A stretch of 64,000 nucleotides of DNA, taken from positions 6,235 to 70,234 of the forward strand of contig JACKAN010000015.1 in the NCBI GenBank assembly GCA_020635055.1, given 5' to 3'. Numbering within the stretch: the first letter of the stretch is position 1; each line of letters opens with the position of its first letter. Source of the DNA: Pseudobdellovibrionaceae bacterium. Lineage in GTDB: Bacteria; Bdellovibrionota; Bdellovibrionia; Bdellovibrionales; UBA1609. This document shows positions 47,577 to 57,795 of the stretch, one piece after another. Below the pieces are notes generated by a model that searched no databases, had not been told where the DNA came from, and worked only from the letters and a program-made list of their open reading frames with translations. A program made the position numbers and the translations under genes.

Positions 47577-48765
47577 AGTTAGTAGCCTAATAAAATATTT
47601 AGCCTTAGGTTTTTTTATTATTGTTGCTCCTGATATGGGACTGGCCTATGAGGTTTACCCAGAGTATAGGAATTTGCAAAGCGCTGAAGTTAAAGAGCTA
47701 CAGTCCTCGAATAAAATAGATTCCGAATATCAGTCCGATATGCTGACTTATCAGAAACCATTTTCTTGGGAAGCTTATTGGCTTAAAAGTCCTAAGGCCT
47801 TTGATTTATCTTTAGGCAGTGTGAGTAGTCGTCGTTTTGCCACAGAAAACAGATTAAAAGTCCAAGCAGCATTAAACGACAAGTTGGATTTCAATTTTGT
47901 TTATTTTGATCAAAGTCATTTAGAGGAGCAATTTAATACTCCCATTATAGAGTTGACTTATTGGCTCAAACAAAATTGGGGCTTAGCCATTTATGGCAAT
48001 AGTAGCACATACAAAAGCGAAGATGATGTGGGTGCAGCCTTTGTTTATAAACCTGAAAAAAATGAAGTTTATCGCTTGTTTTATACTGCTGCCGATTTTT
48101 CAAGAAATGAACGCAATGAAGGCTCCGACAAATTTGATCCTTCACCAATAAGTTTTGGCGGCGTGTTTCGCCGCTGGAATGAAGAGGGATCTGAGTATTT
48201 TGAACTAGCCCTGCGCGCGGATAAAGAGAGCCATTGGCTTTTTCCCGATCAAAATTTTGAACACTTTTATAACAAAAGGTATTTGGGTCTGAAAGGAAGA
48301 AAACACTTGAGTGGCGCTCATTATCTCAATTACCAAATGACATTATTAAAACGGCACGAAGTTATTGGTGAAAGTGTTGAGTTTTTAGAAGGGGAATATC
48401 AAGTTCAACACGAAGGTTTTTATGCTTTAGGAGGAGAATGGTTGTTTGGTTTTCAATATGTGGATAGAATTTGGCGTCAAAGTCCAGGAGAGGTGCGCCA
48501 TAAAAACCTATTGCCGCATATTTGGTGGAAACTCGATAATTTGGCCCTTGGCTTTGAAACGACTTTTTACAGTGCCAGTGGTCCCGCTATAGTGCGCTCC
48601 TCTTTAGATGATAAGAATTCGAAAGTAGAGATGCGCGGAAATATAAGTTACACACTCCACTTTCATAATGCCCTTCTAAGGGGCTTATTTACTTTTGATT
48701 TAGATCGCTTGGGGACTCAGGAAACTTGGGAGGGCGGAGGAGTTCAGTTTATTAGCGAACTATAA
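47530..48765 (+). CDS. hypothetical outer-membrane-like protein (start uncertain)
   Basis: 411-aa ORF overlapping mpl by 47 nt. Hydrophobic leader (YLALGFFIIVAPDMGLA) and a Tyr/Phe/Trp-rich strand pattern. Confidence 0.45.
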   Translation: MVDLMEFTPKFYHCCKVSSLIKYLALGFFIIVAPDMGLAYEVYPEYRNLQSAEVKELQSSNKIDSEYQSDMLTYQKPFSWEAYWLKSPKAFDLSLGSVSSRRFATENRLKVQAALNDKLDFNFVYFDQSHLEEQFNTPIIELTYWLKQNWGLAIYGNSSTYKSEDDVGAAFVYKPEKNEVYRLFYTAADFSRNERNEGSDKFDPSPISFGGVFRRWNEEGSEYFELALRADKESHWLFPDQNFEHFYNKRYLGLKGRKHLSGAHYLNYQMTLLKRHEVIGESVEFLEGEYQVQHEGFYALGGEWLFGFQYVDRIWRQSPGEVRHKNLLPHIWWKLDNLALGFETTFYSASGPAIVRSSLDDKNSKVEMRGNISYTLHFHNALLRGLFTFDLDRLGTQETWEGGGVQFISEL

Positions 48766-48907
48766 CAATAATATTTTTAGCTAATAAAAATAGATTCAAT
48801 TTGGCACCGACTCCCATTAGTATTTCTAATTTACATTCCTTAATCCAAATAATTTTAAATAATTTAAAAATACATTTATAAAAGTATTCACACAGGGGAG
48901 AAATCAA

Positions 48908-49459
48908 ATGAAAATTTTAATTGCTATCATCTTAGTTCAAATCGCAGTCTTAAAAGCTCAAGCCATTTTACAGCCGGATTGGGATCGTCCCTTAGCTAAA
49001 GCCGAGCAAGTTGAGGTACTGGAAGCCAGCGGTTGGTTGTCTAATGTAGAAAGAGTGGATCTAACTTTAACTCGAAATGATAACACTAAAGTCCTTAAAC
49101 TCTTGTTAAAAATGGAAGGTCAAACTATTGCCTTTGCTATTCAGTCTGAAGGTAAAGACAACTGCAATACAGATGTACATACAGCAAGCCAATATGAAGG
49201 ATCATTTGAAAATGAATTAGTAGTTAAATTTGAAGATCATGCAAATCGCTTTTGTAAAGATCTTAAAGAATTTGAATGGGATGTGACTTTAACTGTTGTA
49301 GACCAGGAAGCAGGAAAAATTCTTGGAAGATTGGTTTTGGGTGCTAATCCAAGGTCAGTATTCACAATTCAAAGTCTTAATCCCAATACTGAAAAAGAAA
49401 AAAAATATGTAGTTAATGACATAGACAGTGATTTAACTATTTATAGAATTTATAAATAA
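48908..49459 (+). CDS. secreted hypothetical protein
   Basis: Signal peptide (MKILIAIILVQIAVLKAQA), 183 aa, followed by a terminator. Confidence 0.5.
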   Translation: MKILIAIILVQIAVLKAQAILQPDWDRPLAKAEQVEVLEASGWLSNVERVDLTLTRNDNTKVLKLLLKMEGQTIAFAIQSEGKDNCNTDVHTASQYEGSFENELVVKFEDHANRFCKDLKEFEWDVTLTVVDQEAGKILGRLVLGANPRSVFTIQSLNPNTEKEKKYVVNDIDSDLTIYRIYK

Positions 49460-49510
49460 ATAAGCCCCCCCAACAATTTCCCGAAGATCAAAGCTTTGGG
49501 ATTTTTTTTT

Positions 49511-49541
49511 AAACTGCCGATGCTTAAAACATCGGCAGTTT
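49511..49541 (+). terminator. intrinsic terminator
   Basis: aaactgccgatg-cttaaaa-catcggcagttt with a 12-bp stem, followed by a T-rich tract. Confidence 0.7.
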
Positions 49542-49702
49542 TATTTATTCTGACCTTTTATTAAGCATATCATATATATAAGAATGTATTTTTGAAAATA
49601 ATCTAAATTTAAAAGCTAAAGAATCGTGTAAAAATCGGGAAAACCAACTATTTTTAACAACTTATTCTTACTCTTTAAATCTTATACTTTAAGCTTATCA
49701 GG

Positions 49703-50611
49703 ATGCTATTAAAAAATATCAATTTAAATTACTTAAGGGTTTTCGAGTGTGTTTATCGCAGACTTTGCATGACTTCTGCGGCCAAAGAACTTCACTTGAC
49801 CCAAAGTGGAGTTTCACAACATATCAGGGCCTTAGAGGAATGTATTGATGCTCCTTTGTTTGATCGACTTCATCGAAAATTAATGCCAACCAAAGAAGCC
49901 CAAAAGCTGTATTTCCAAACTCGTTTAGCCTTAAAGCATATTGAGGAAGCACTGGGAGAAATTTCACAAACTCAAGTGACATTATCTGGAGAAGTGAACA
50001 TAGGAACGCCCATTGAATTTGGTATACATAAAATTATCCCTGCACTAGCAGACCTGGGTAAGAAATACCCCGATTTAAAATTTAATATAGCCTTGGACTT
50101 TGCATCAAAAATTCAAAGTCAACTCCTTGCGGGGAACTTGGATTTTGCCTTTGTGGATGAGTTTGTTTCCGACAGAAATATTGAAACTCAAAAAGTGGCC
50201 GAGGAGACCTTGATCTTGTGTGCGACTCAAGATTATCTAAAAAAGTTTGGCCCGCCGAAAAATAGAAAATCTTATTTTGAAGAGTTACAATATATTGCCT
50301 ATCAAAAAGATGAACCTGTATTAAGGCGTTGGTTTTTGCACCACACAAAAAGAAAAAATTTAACTCTGAATGTTCGAGCTACGGTTATGGATGTACAAGC
50401 CATTGCCAGTTTTATTTTACAGGGCTTGGGGGCAGGAATTCTTCCTGGACACTTTTTAGAAAGCTTGAAAAGTCAAAATGTGAATTTGTACAATTTCCCG
50501 GGTTCAGGTACGCCATTAAAAAATAAAATTAGTTTGGCATTTTTAAAAGGTCGTCAACAAAGCCATTTGGTAAAATTGGTTATTGGTGATCTAAAAGAAA
50601 TAATTAAATAA
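49703..50611 (+). CDS. LysR-family transcriptional regulator
   Basis: N-terminal wHTH (LRVFECVYRRLCMTSAAKELHLTQSGVSQHIRALE) plus a LysR substrate-binding domain. Confidence 0.9.
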   Translation: MLLKNINLNYLRVFECVYRRLCMTSAAKELHLTQSGVSQHIRALEECIDAPLFDRLHRKLMPTKEAQKLYFQTRLALKHIEEALGEISQTQVTLSGEVNIGTPIEFGIHKIIPALADLGKKYPDLKFNIALDFASKIQSQLLAGNLDFAFVDEFVSDRNIETQKVAEETLILCATQDYLKKFGPPKNRKSYFEELQYIAYQKDEPVLRRWFLHHTKRKNLTLNVRATVMDVQAIASFILQGLGAGILPGHFLESLKSQNVNLYNFPGSGTPLKNKISLAFLKGRQQSHLVKLVIGDLKEIIK

Positions 50612-50630
50612 GTTCCACAGGAGTGCCTCT

Positions 50631-52709
50631 TTGCTTATACTTTTTTCCTTTGCGATCTTAATTAGTTCAAGTTTACTTTTTTTAGTACAGCCGATGGCTG
50701 GAAAGATTTTGCTACCCATTTTTGGTGGTTCACATACTCTTTGGATAACCTGTTTGCTCTTTTTTCAAACTGTACTTTTGTTGGGTTATGGGGCTAGTCA
50801 TTTTATTGTAAAAAAATTGAGTTGGAACCTACAGCGAATGGCAGTGTCAATATTGTTAATTCTTTCTTTGGTTCAACTTTTCTTTTGGCAAAATAATATG
50901 GCCTGGGATTTGCCCTTTCAAGTGGATTTGCCACAGGTTAAAATATTAATTCTTCTCTCACTAACAGTGGGCCTGTCCTACTTTAGTCTTTCCCTTCTTT
51001 CTCCTACATTACAGTTTTGGTTGGGTGGGAAGAATCCTTATGTGCTTTACGTATTTAGTAATGTAGGCAGCCTATTGGCCCTTTTATCTTACCCCTTTGT
51101 AATGGAATATTTTTTTACCACGGGTCAGCAAGTGGGAATTTATATATTAGGATTTTTATTTTTATCAACTTTTGTCTTCACAATATTTTACAATAAAAAA
51201 TTGCAGGTTCCAGAGCTAGAAATACAGAGTCTGCCAATAGCTAGAGGTCAAAAGCTGCGTTGGCTATGGCTTTCTTTATCTTCCACAGCCATGATGATGT
51301 CGGTCACAAATTATTTATCTTCAGTGCTATTGCCCCTACCTTTACTTTGGATTTTACCCCTTTCCATATATTTATTGAGTTTCGCTTTGGCATTTACTCC
51401 TTGGGATATAATAAAGCTAAAGTATCTTCAGGTTCTTTCTTTTCTTTTTATTTTAATATTGGCCATATTTATACTTGGCAATGTTGTGCAACCCTTGAGC
51501 CTTGTGCTTGTTGTTCATTTTTTGGGTTTATTTATTTTGTGTTTTCTTTGCCATAGAAGCCTTTACTTAGATCGACCTTCGGTAGGTCATTTGACTCAAT
51601 TTTATTTGTGGATAGCTGTGGGGGGAGTCCTTGCTGGCTTTTTAATATCTTTCGTAGCTCCTATAGCATTTAATAGTATCGCGGAATATCCTTATTCTCT
51701 GGTGTTTGTTGCTGTGACTTTTTTAAATGATTTAACACTCAAAGATATCAAAAGAATCCAGTATTTTGGATGGGTCGTCTTACTGCCCATATTGTTCTAT
51801 TTTTTACCATTTAAAGCAGAATCCATGGTTGTCTATTTTTGTTTGCTTTTTTTATTAAGAAAGACTCCATTGGTTTTTCTTCTCGCATTCTGCTCGGGAC
51901 TTTGGGTTTGGAGTGGAGTTATGGATAGAGAAAATCAAGTGCATTTCAAAAGCAGAAGTTTTTATGGTGCATTTCAGGTTTTACAAAAAAAAGATCCCCA
52001 AAGACATGTATTCGTACATGGTCAAACTTTGCATGGTATAGAAAGAATAGGAGAGAGCCCACAAGCCCTGGGTTATTATCACCAACGCAGTCCACTAGCG
52101 GAAGTATTTAATAATTTTAGTTCTAATTTTCACGAAGTGGCAGTCATTGGTTTAGGTATAGGCTCCATGGCATGTTATTCACGACCAGAACAGAATTGGA
52201 ATTTTATAGAGATTGATAGTGAGATAGTAAAATTAGCCACCCAAAGTGACTTGTTTACAACTTACAATAAATGCTTTCAGGGACAAGGGAGTGTAGTTGT
52301 TGGCGACGGCAGAAAACAGTTAGAAAAGGAAGGCGCAAATAAATACGATATTATAATTGTTGATGCATTTAATTCCGATGCTATACCCTTTCATCTATTA
52401 ACGAAAGAAGCTTTAAGCTTATATGAGAGTCGATTGAAGTTAGATGGGCTTATTTTATTTCACGTATCCAATCGTTTTTTAGATTTATCTAATGTTTTAG
52501 GAAATCTTGCGAAAACACAAAATAAAGTGGCACTTTACCGCGATGTACAAGGTGATGAGAGCACCGATTTTTTTGCTAGCGAATGGGTCTTGTTAATTTC
52601 ACCTAAAGATGAGCGACGCCAAGTTCTCAATCAGTGGTTTATGATTGAAGCTAATGAGTATCCCATTTGGACAGATCAATACTCTAGTGTATTAAGATAT
52701 TTTAAATAG
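50631..52709 (+). CDS. fused polytopic membrane / spermidine-synthase-like methyltransferase-fold protein
   Basis: About 12 TM helices followed by VAVIGLGIGSMA .. IIIVDAFNSDAIPFHLLTKEA (aminopropyltransferase-like). Confidence 0.8.
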   Translation: MLILFSFAILISSSLLFLVQPMAGKILLPIFGGSHTLWITCLLFFQTVLLLGYGASHFIVKKLSWNLQRMAVSILLILSLVQLFFWQNNMAWDLPFQVDLPQVKILILLSLTVGLSYFSLSLLSPTLQFWLGGKNPYVLYVFSNVGSLLALLSYPFVMEYFFTTGQQVGIYILGFLFLSTFVFTIFYNKKLQVPELEIQSLPIARGQKLRWLWLSLSSTAMMMSVTNYLSSVLLPLPLLWILPLSIYLLSFALAFTPWDIIKLKYLQVLSFLFILILAIFILGNVVQPLSLVLVVHFLGLFILCFLCHRSLYLDRPSVGHLTQFYLWIAVGGVLAGFLISFVAPIAFNSIAEYPYSLVFVAVTFLNDLTLKDIKRIQYFGWVVLLPILFYFLPFKAESMVVYFCLLFLLRKTPLVFLLAFCSGLWVWSGVMDRENQVHFKSRSFYGAFQVLQKKDPQRHVFVHGQTLHGIERIGESPQALGYYHQRSPLAEVFNNFSSNFHEVAVIGLGIGSMACYSRPEQNWNFIEIDSEIVKLATQSDLFTTYNKCFQGQGSVVVGDGRKQLEKEGANKYDIIIVDAFNSDAIPFHLLTKEALSLYESRLKLDGLILFHVSNRFLDLSNVLGNLAKTQNKVALYRDVQGDESTDFFASEWVLLISPKDERRQVLNQWFMIEANEYPIWTDQYSSVLRYFK

Positions 52710-52951
52710 ATAATCGCGATTAAAGCGTATCAGTAGGATTATGCTTTGTTTGCCATCCCTCGCACACCAATAGAAAGCGAATGTCCAGTAAAAACTATTG
52801 CTTAGAAAAAAGGAAGTCCAGTAAGTTCGTGATCAAACCAGCAATTCCGTATGAGTTTGTTTATCGCAGCAGAGGCCAGCCCTAGGTACCTATAATTTTA
52901 TCTTTTCTCACAGCTGTGCCGCTCCCGAACTTAAGACTAGAGGCCAGTTTC

Positions 52952-53494
52952 TTAGCCAGTATCCGCCAATGTCTGCCCTAACTCGCTAGAAAAATCTTCC
53001 CAATTAAAACCCACAGCTTGCATACGATTTTTATCGAAATACCTATGAATAGCTTTATAAGCTCTGCCCCAAGTCACCACTCGTGAAAATGGCCGAGCAT
53101 CCCAAAACTGTATAGACTTTCCACAACCTCTTTCGGCCCGCAAAATATGACGAGCAATCAACCCTGTTACCGAACGCAAATAACCGGCCAGCCACCTCCG
53201 ATGCCCAGTTTTTAAAAGAATATGCAAGTGATTGCCAACATTTTCATATCTATAAAGTCGAATACCCCAGCGCTTGGCCTGGGATTTTAAGATGCAATCA
53301 ATGGCCTCACGATTCGCCTTACGCAGAAAACTACGACTGCCTTTAGTGTATTTGGATTTCAGCACCAAGTGCATGGCGTGTTTGGTCGATATAGGTCTTT
53401 TTGTCTTCGGGTTGGAAGCTTTAAGCAAGCTAGCGCCAAAGATCTTTGGACTTCTCATATTAAACAAGGACATTTGAAATTCTTTTTGCACCAT
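52952..53494 (-). CDS. IS200/RAYT-like HUH tyrosine-transposase-family protein
   Basis: ..HAMHLVLKS.. and the HUH motif GNHLHILLK, with a C-terminal ..AIHRYFDKNRMQAVG.. (Y-x3-N helix), as in REP-associated tyrosine transposases. Confidence 0.65.
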   Translation of the reverse strand: MVQKEFQMSLFNMRSPKIFGASLLKASNPKTKRPISTKHAMHLVLKSKYTKGSRSFLRKANREAIDCILKSQAKRWGIRLYRYENVGNHLHILLKTGHRRWLAGYLRSVTGLIARHILRAERGCGKSIQFWDARPFSRVVTWGRAYKAIHRYFDKNRMQAVGFNWEDFSSELGQTLADTG

Positions 53495-53686
53495 GAATCT
53501 ACGAATATAACTTTTATGGTAGCGATGTCAATACAGAAATGATAAAAATCAGATTTATTTCATAACAACTCGCGGAAGTGTTTTCTGGAAGCAATATTTG
53601 TGGCAACTAAAGAGAGGCATCATTTGATCGAACTTCAGGATTGTTCAAAAAGTTTTAAATTGATTTATAAAATGTTCCCCTAATGG

Positions 53687-54851
53687 GTGCAGTGGGTTTA
53701 TCAGTGCGTGCCAGAGAAACGACGTCGCGCCAGCTGCCATCACCCTCTGGGTGAAGTTGTTTTGTTGGGGCTTTGTATGTTTTTGTTTCGTTATCGGTCT
53801 CTAAGATCTTTTGTTCGGGAGTTCCGAGATAACAGCGTGGCCATTTTGAATCTCAATGAATTTTTTCCTGATTAAAGCCGTCCCCAGTGAGGATGAGCTT
53901 CGTTACGCTTTGAGTAAGATTCCCTCGTCGGCCTTCAATAAAATACTACAAAAAATTCACCAGCGGCTGGAGCGAAAAAAGCAGGTGCAGTCGTTTAGGC
54001 TTCTAGATAAGTACGATCTTATCAGCCTTGATGGCTCGGGCCAACAAGCAGTTACATTAATTAATTCCTATTCTTAATTGTCTGCAAGTATTTTAAAAGC
54101 AAGGTTTCTGTTTCCACAAAAGGGGAATTATTTCTTGTTATTGGTATTACCATTGTCGCTGACCCTAAGTTTTGAACCTATTGAAAACGACGGCACTAGC
54201 CAAGAATATCGAAAAAATGATTGCGAGCTAGCGGCTGCCAAACGACTCTTGAAAAACCTAAACTCTCTTTACCCACGAAGATCTTTTTGCATGACGGGTG
54301 ATAACTTATTCGCTACAGCCCCTATCACCAAACAGCTCAAAGAAAATGGCTGGTCATTTATCATCACGGCGAAACCAGAAAGAAATAAGGAGCTATTTTC
54401 TTGGTATGATTATTTGCATGAGCAGAAAGAAGAATGGCTCTTTAAAGATGCAGTGGGTCTACAACACCATTACCAGTGGTCGAATAAACTGCCCATCAAG
54501 CAAGATCAAAAAGCCGATGATTTTACTTTTGTCAATTTACTCGAGTACTCTGTCACAGACACCAACAGCAATGTTTTGTATTACAACACTTGGATGACTG
54601 ATATTTATTTACACGAAAACAACGTCAAAGAAGTCGCCGCTGGAGGTCGGGCTAGATTTAAAATAGAAAATGTCACCTTTAATGAACAAAAAACGAAAGG
54701 GTGTTTCATCGAGCACAAATGTGTTTTTTTGGCTGGCACAAATAGCCCACTTATTCTCACAAATGTTTTACCTCTGGCGATAGGGAAAACGCTTAATCCA
54801 GAAGGTCGGCAGTCAACGCCGATTCTGGGAACACCTTGTAACTTTATTTAG
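53687..54851 (+). pseudogene. IS4-family DDE transposase, decayed (frameshift in T6 run at 53861-53866, in-frame stop at 54075, degenerate C-terminus)
   Basis: Three consecutive ORF pieces. DDE landmarks: LISLDGSGQ, CMTGDNLFATAP, RFKIENVTFNEQKTKG (the IS4-type catalytic Glu region, IEN..FN..K). Confidence 0.7.
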
Positions 54852-55407
54852 CAGCATAAAAATGCTCATTTATGATTTGCCAATATTGCAGGTAAAACTC
54901 GAACTAAACTCTTCATAATTTGCCACTTAAAAATGTGGCTATTTGAAAGAGCCGATACCCCCTCGTTGAGTCAAAAAATTCGCAAATTAAAACCTTGCTG
55001 GTCCATATTAGGACTGGGTGGATAGGTATGTCTACTTTTCTTGGCAGGGAACATTGCAAAACTATTGAGCAATTTCAGACTTTCTCATTTTGATTCATAC
55101 GGAATTGCTGTGATCAAACAGGTCTCCTAAAAGTAAGAGTTAAATGGGCCGATAAATACATGGTATATTTCGATGATGGATTGAAAATTGGTTGGAATCA
55201 ATTATGCGAATGTCGTATCTGTCACCCTTTCCACGACAAACTTTGTCTGTACATTGGTAGCGTAAAAAAAATTGTGTCTCCATAAGAATAACTTATAGGA
55301 CTAAATGGAGAACATATAATATGACACTATCAATGAGTTTAATAAAAGTAGAAATAAGTGTACCAGAAATTGTAAAGTAAATCATCGAGCTTCCCCACAT
55401 TTTAAAA

Positions 55408-55845
55408 ATGTCAAAACCTGTTAAATTAAGAATCAAGAATAAACAACACATGGAGGTGTTAAGGATGGACAATACAATATTAAGAAAAAAATTAAATACA
55501 TACAAATCCCCAAAAGGCTCACTTAAAGGTATGAGTCACGAGGTGATTCTTGAGGTACTACAGGCTTGGCAAAACTGGCCCGGCAGTACAGCAGATCTTT
55601 ATAGGGATTTGGGGCTTAGTAAAGGTCAAATGTCTGCTTTGATTCGTGCAGGAAAGAAGCTGGTAAAAAATGGTGCTGTTGTTGAGAGTGAATTTAAAGA
55701 GGTAAAGGTGGAATCAGTGCCTGTATATGATGATAACTGTAACTCCCCTATTACTGTGAAGTGGGACAGGAATAAGGTGATCCGTTTTTCACAAGTGGAT
55801 CAATTAGTGGATTTTTTAAATAAAGTGGAGAAGAAAGCCGCGTGA
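55408..55845 (+). CDS. tnpA: IS66-family accessory protein TnpA (orf1)
   Basis: Small HTH-like protein immediately upstream of, and overlapping (4 nt), the IS66 orf2. The start may be an internal Met (MDNTIL.. at 55465). Confidence 0.65.
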   Translation: MSKPVKLRIKNKQHMEVLRMDNTILRKKLNTYKSPKGSLKGMSHEVILEVLQAWQNWPGSTADLYRDLGLSKGQMSALIRAGKKLVKNGAVVESEFKEVKVESVPVYDDNCNSPITVKWDRNKVIRFSQVDQLVDFLNKVEKKAA

Positions 55846-56246
55846 TTGCCTTTAATCGTACAACAAAGATATATGTAAGTAAGGAGCCCACGGACATGCG
55901 GGCTTCTTACGACACATTATTTAACAAAGCAAAGTCGGTATTAGAAAAGGATCCCTTTTCGGGTCATTTGTTTGTATTTATAAACCGGTTAAGAACGTCG
56001 ATGAAGTGTCTATATTACGACGGCACGGGATTAGTTATAGTGTCCAAGCGTTTAGAGCGCGGCACGTTTTCGAAGATAAATCCATTTTACAAGAAAGAAA
56101 TTGTATTAACTCAGGCGGAGTTTTCATTGTATTTTGAGGGTGCAGATTTAGAGAAAAGATTTATTGATTCCCCGAGTGAAATAAAAAAAAGTTATCAAAA
56201 AAACACATGCCGCAACGGGAGTGCGTTGCAAAATTTAATCGTGTAA
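55842..56246 (+). CDS. tnpB: IS66-family accessory protein TnpB (orf2)
   Basis: ..IYVSKEPTDMRASYDTL...DPFSGHLFVFINRLRTSMKCLYYDGTGLVIVSKRLERGTF.. is the conserved IS66 Orf2 pattern. Confidence 0.9.
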   Translation: MIAFNRTTKIYVSKEPTDMRASYDTLFNKAKSVLEKDPFSGHLFVFINRLRTSMKCLYYDGTGLVIVSKRLERGTFSKINPFYKKEIVLTQAEFSLYFEGADLEKRFIDSPSEIKKSYQKNTCRNGSALQNLIV

Positions 56247-57790
56247 TTTGTAATGCTCGAATGGATCAAAAAGAATTATTTAAACCTATTCCTGTTGATA
56301 AGCTTTCAACATTTTCAAAAGAAGAATTAATAATTTTACTTCGTGGTGAGCAGCAAATAAGACAACAGATTGAAAAAGAAGTTGATCGTCTTCGGGCGTC
56401 GAACAATGAATTGGAGCAAAAGTCATTTTACATAGAAGAGCAGTACATCACGATCAAGAACAAATATTTTGGTAAGAGTTCCGAGAGAGAACCTAGCGAA
56501 AATGATCGTAAAAAGCACCTTAAAAAGAACAAAAAAATGAAGAAGAAAGTTCAGCTTCCGTCGCTTCGCTACCCTGACGCTCCGTTAATAGAGCGAGAAG
56601 TGACATTAGATAACTTACCCAGTTGTAAATGCTGTGGCACAGAGATGAGCGACTCTGGGATGACAGAGAACAGTGAGTTTTTAACAGCGGTACCTCAGCA
56701 ATTTTTTGTCATCCGTCAAAAACGTCATAAGTACAGATGTGGTAAATGTCATGGAGATATAGTGACAGCGCCTTCACCACCAAGAATAAAACCAGGCTCT
56801 AGTTACAGTGATGAGATGATGTTGGATGTAGCCTTAAGTAAGTACTGTGACCTGATCCCAGTAGAGAGGTACTCGAGTATAGCAGGAAGAGCTGGGTTAA
56901 TGGATTTACCGCCGCAGAGTTTAATCGGGACAACTCATAATGTGGCTGATTATGTTGAAGGGGCTTACAGTAAAGTAAAAAAAGAAATCACAATTGAAAA
57001 AGTATTAAATGCCGATGAAACGCCCCACAGGATGTTAGAAGACCACGGAGATAAGAGTTGGTACTTGTGGGGGTTTTCGACAAGGAGAAGCAGTTATTTT
57101 GAGATCCACGACACCCGAAGTGGTGACGTAGCTTCTGAGATTTTAAATAAATCAAAATGTGAATATTTAGTGAGTGATGTATTTAGTGGTTATGCCAAAG
57201 CCGTACGAGTGAGTAACGTTTACCGTAAAGAAAACAAGCTGCCACTATTAAAAAACGTTTATTGCAATGCTCATGCGAGGCGTAAGTTTAAGGAAGCCGC
57301 AGAGAAGTATACAGATGAGGCACAGTATTTTATAGAGGCGTATAAAAAGATCTATCGATTGGAAAAGATAGCCAAAGCTCGTCCCCCAAGTCGGGTTTTA
57401 CGAGTCCGCAGGTTAATGACAAAATTGTTTGAGGAAATGAAGGAAACTGCTATCGAAAATGTAGCTGGCTACTCTAGTAAAAGTAAGATAGCTATTGCAA
57501 TGAAGTACTTCCTTAAAAATTATGAGGGGTTGACGTTATTTATAAAAAATAAAGAATTACCCATAGACAACAACTCACAGGAACGGCAAATGAGGAGTCC
57601 AGTTATTGGTCGAAAAACTTGGTATGGAACTCACTCAAAAAGAGGGGCCAGGACAACAGCCATATTATTTTCCTTAGTAGAGTCTTGTAAACTCAACAAT
57701 GTAAATCCAAGAGAATATTTTAAAAAACTAGTCGAAGATCTCCACAAAGGCAAAGAACCCTATACCCCCAAAGATTACGCTGACTTATAA
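56207..57790 (+). CDS. tnpC: IS66-family DDE transposase TnpC (start likely Met at 56261)
   Basis: Leucine-zipper N-terminus, zinc-finger CKCCG..CGKCHG, and a DDE core (NADETPHRML.., LVSDVFSGY, YCNAHARRKF). Confidence 0.9.
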   Translation: MPQRECVAKFNRVICNARMDQKELFKPIPVDKLSTFSKEELIILLRGEQQIRQQIEKEVDRLRASNNELEQKSFYIEEQYITIKNKYFGKSSEREPSENDRKKHLKKNKKMKKKVQLPSLRYPDAPLIEREVTLDNLPSCKCCGTEMSDSGMTENSEFLTAVPQQFFVIRQKRHKYRCGKCHGDIVTAPSPPRIKPGSSYSDEMMLDVALSKYCDLIPVERYSSIAGRAGLMDLPPQSLIGTTHNVADYVEGAYSKVKKEITIEKVLNADETPHRMLEDHGDKSWYLWGFSTRRSSYFEIHDTRSGDVASEILNKSKCEYLVSDVFSGYAKAVRVSNVYRKENKLPLLKNVYCNAHARRKFKEAAEKYTDEAQYFIEAYKKIYRLEKIAKARPPSRVLRVRRLMTKLFEEMKETAIENVAGYSSKSKIAIAMKYFLKNYEGLTLFIKNKELPIDNNSQERQMRSPVIGRKTWYGTHSKRGARTTAILFSLVESCKLNNVNPREYFKKLVEDLHKGKEPYTPKDYADL

Positions 57791-57795
57791 GAGTC

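Larger units (their letters stand above)
52839..55110 (+). mobile_element. IS4-like insertion element (2272 bp) with perfect 16-bp IRs and 9-bp TSD, carrying an extra HUH gene
   Basis: IRL CAGCAATTCCGTATGA (52839-52854) and IRR TCATACGGAATTGCTG (55095-55110). Direct repeat TGATCAAAC at 52830-52838 and 55111-55119. Confidence 0.75.

Noticed and set aside
55293-55505. A 70-aa minus-strand ORF overlapping the IS66 tnpA start.
   Set aside because: Hydrophobic low-complexity translation of AT-rich IS leader sequence, antisense to a recognisable IS66 gene set. Treated as spurious.
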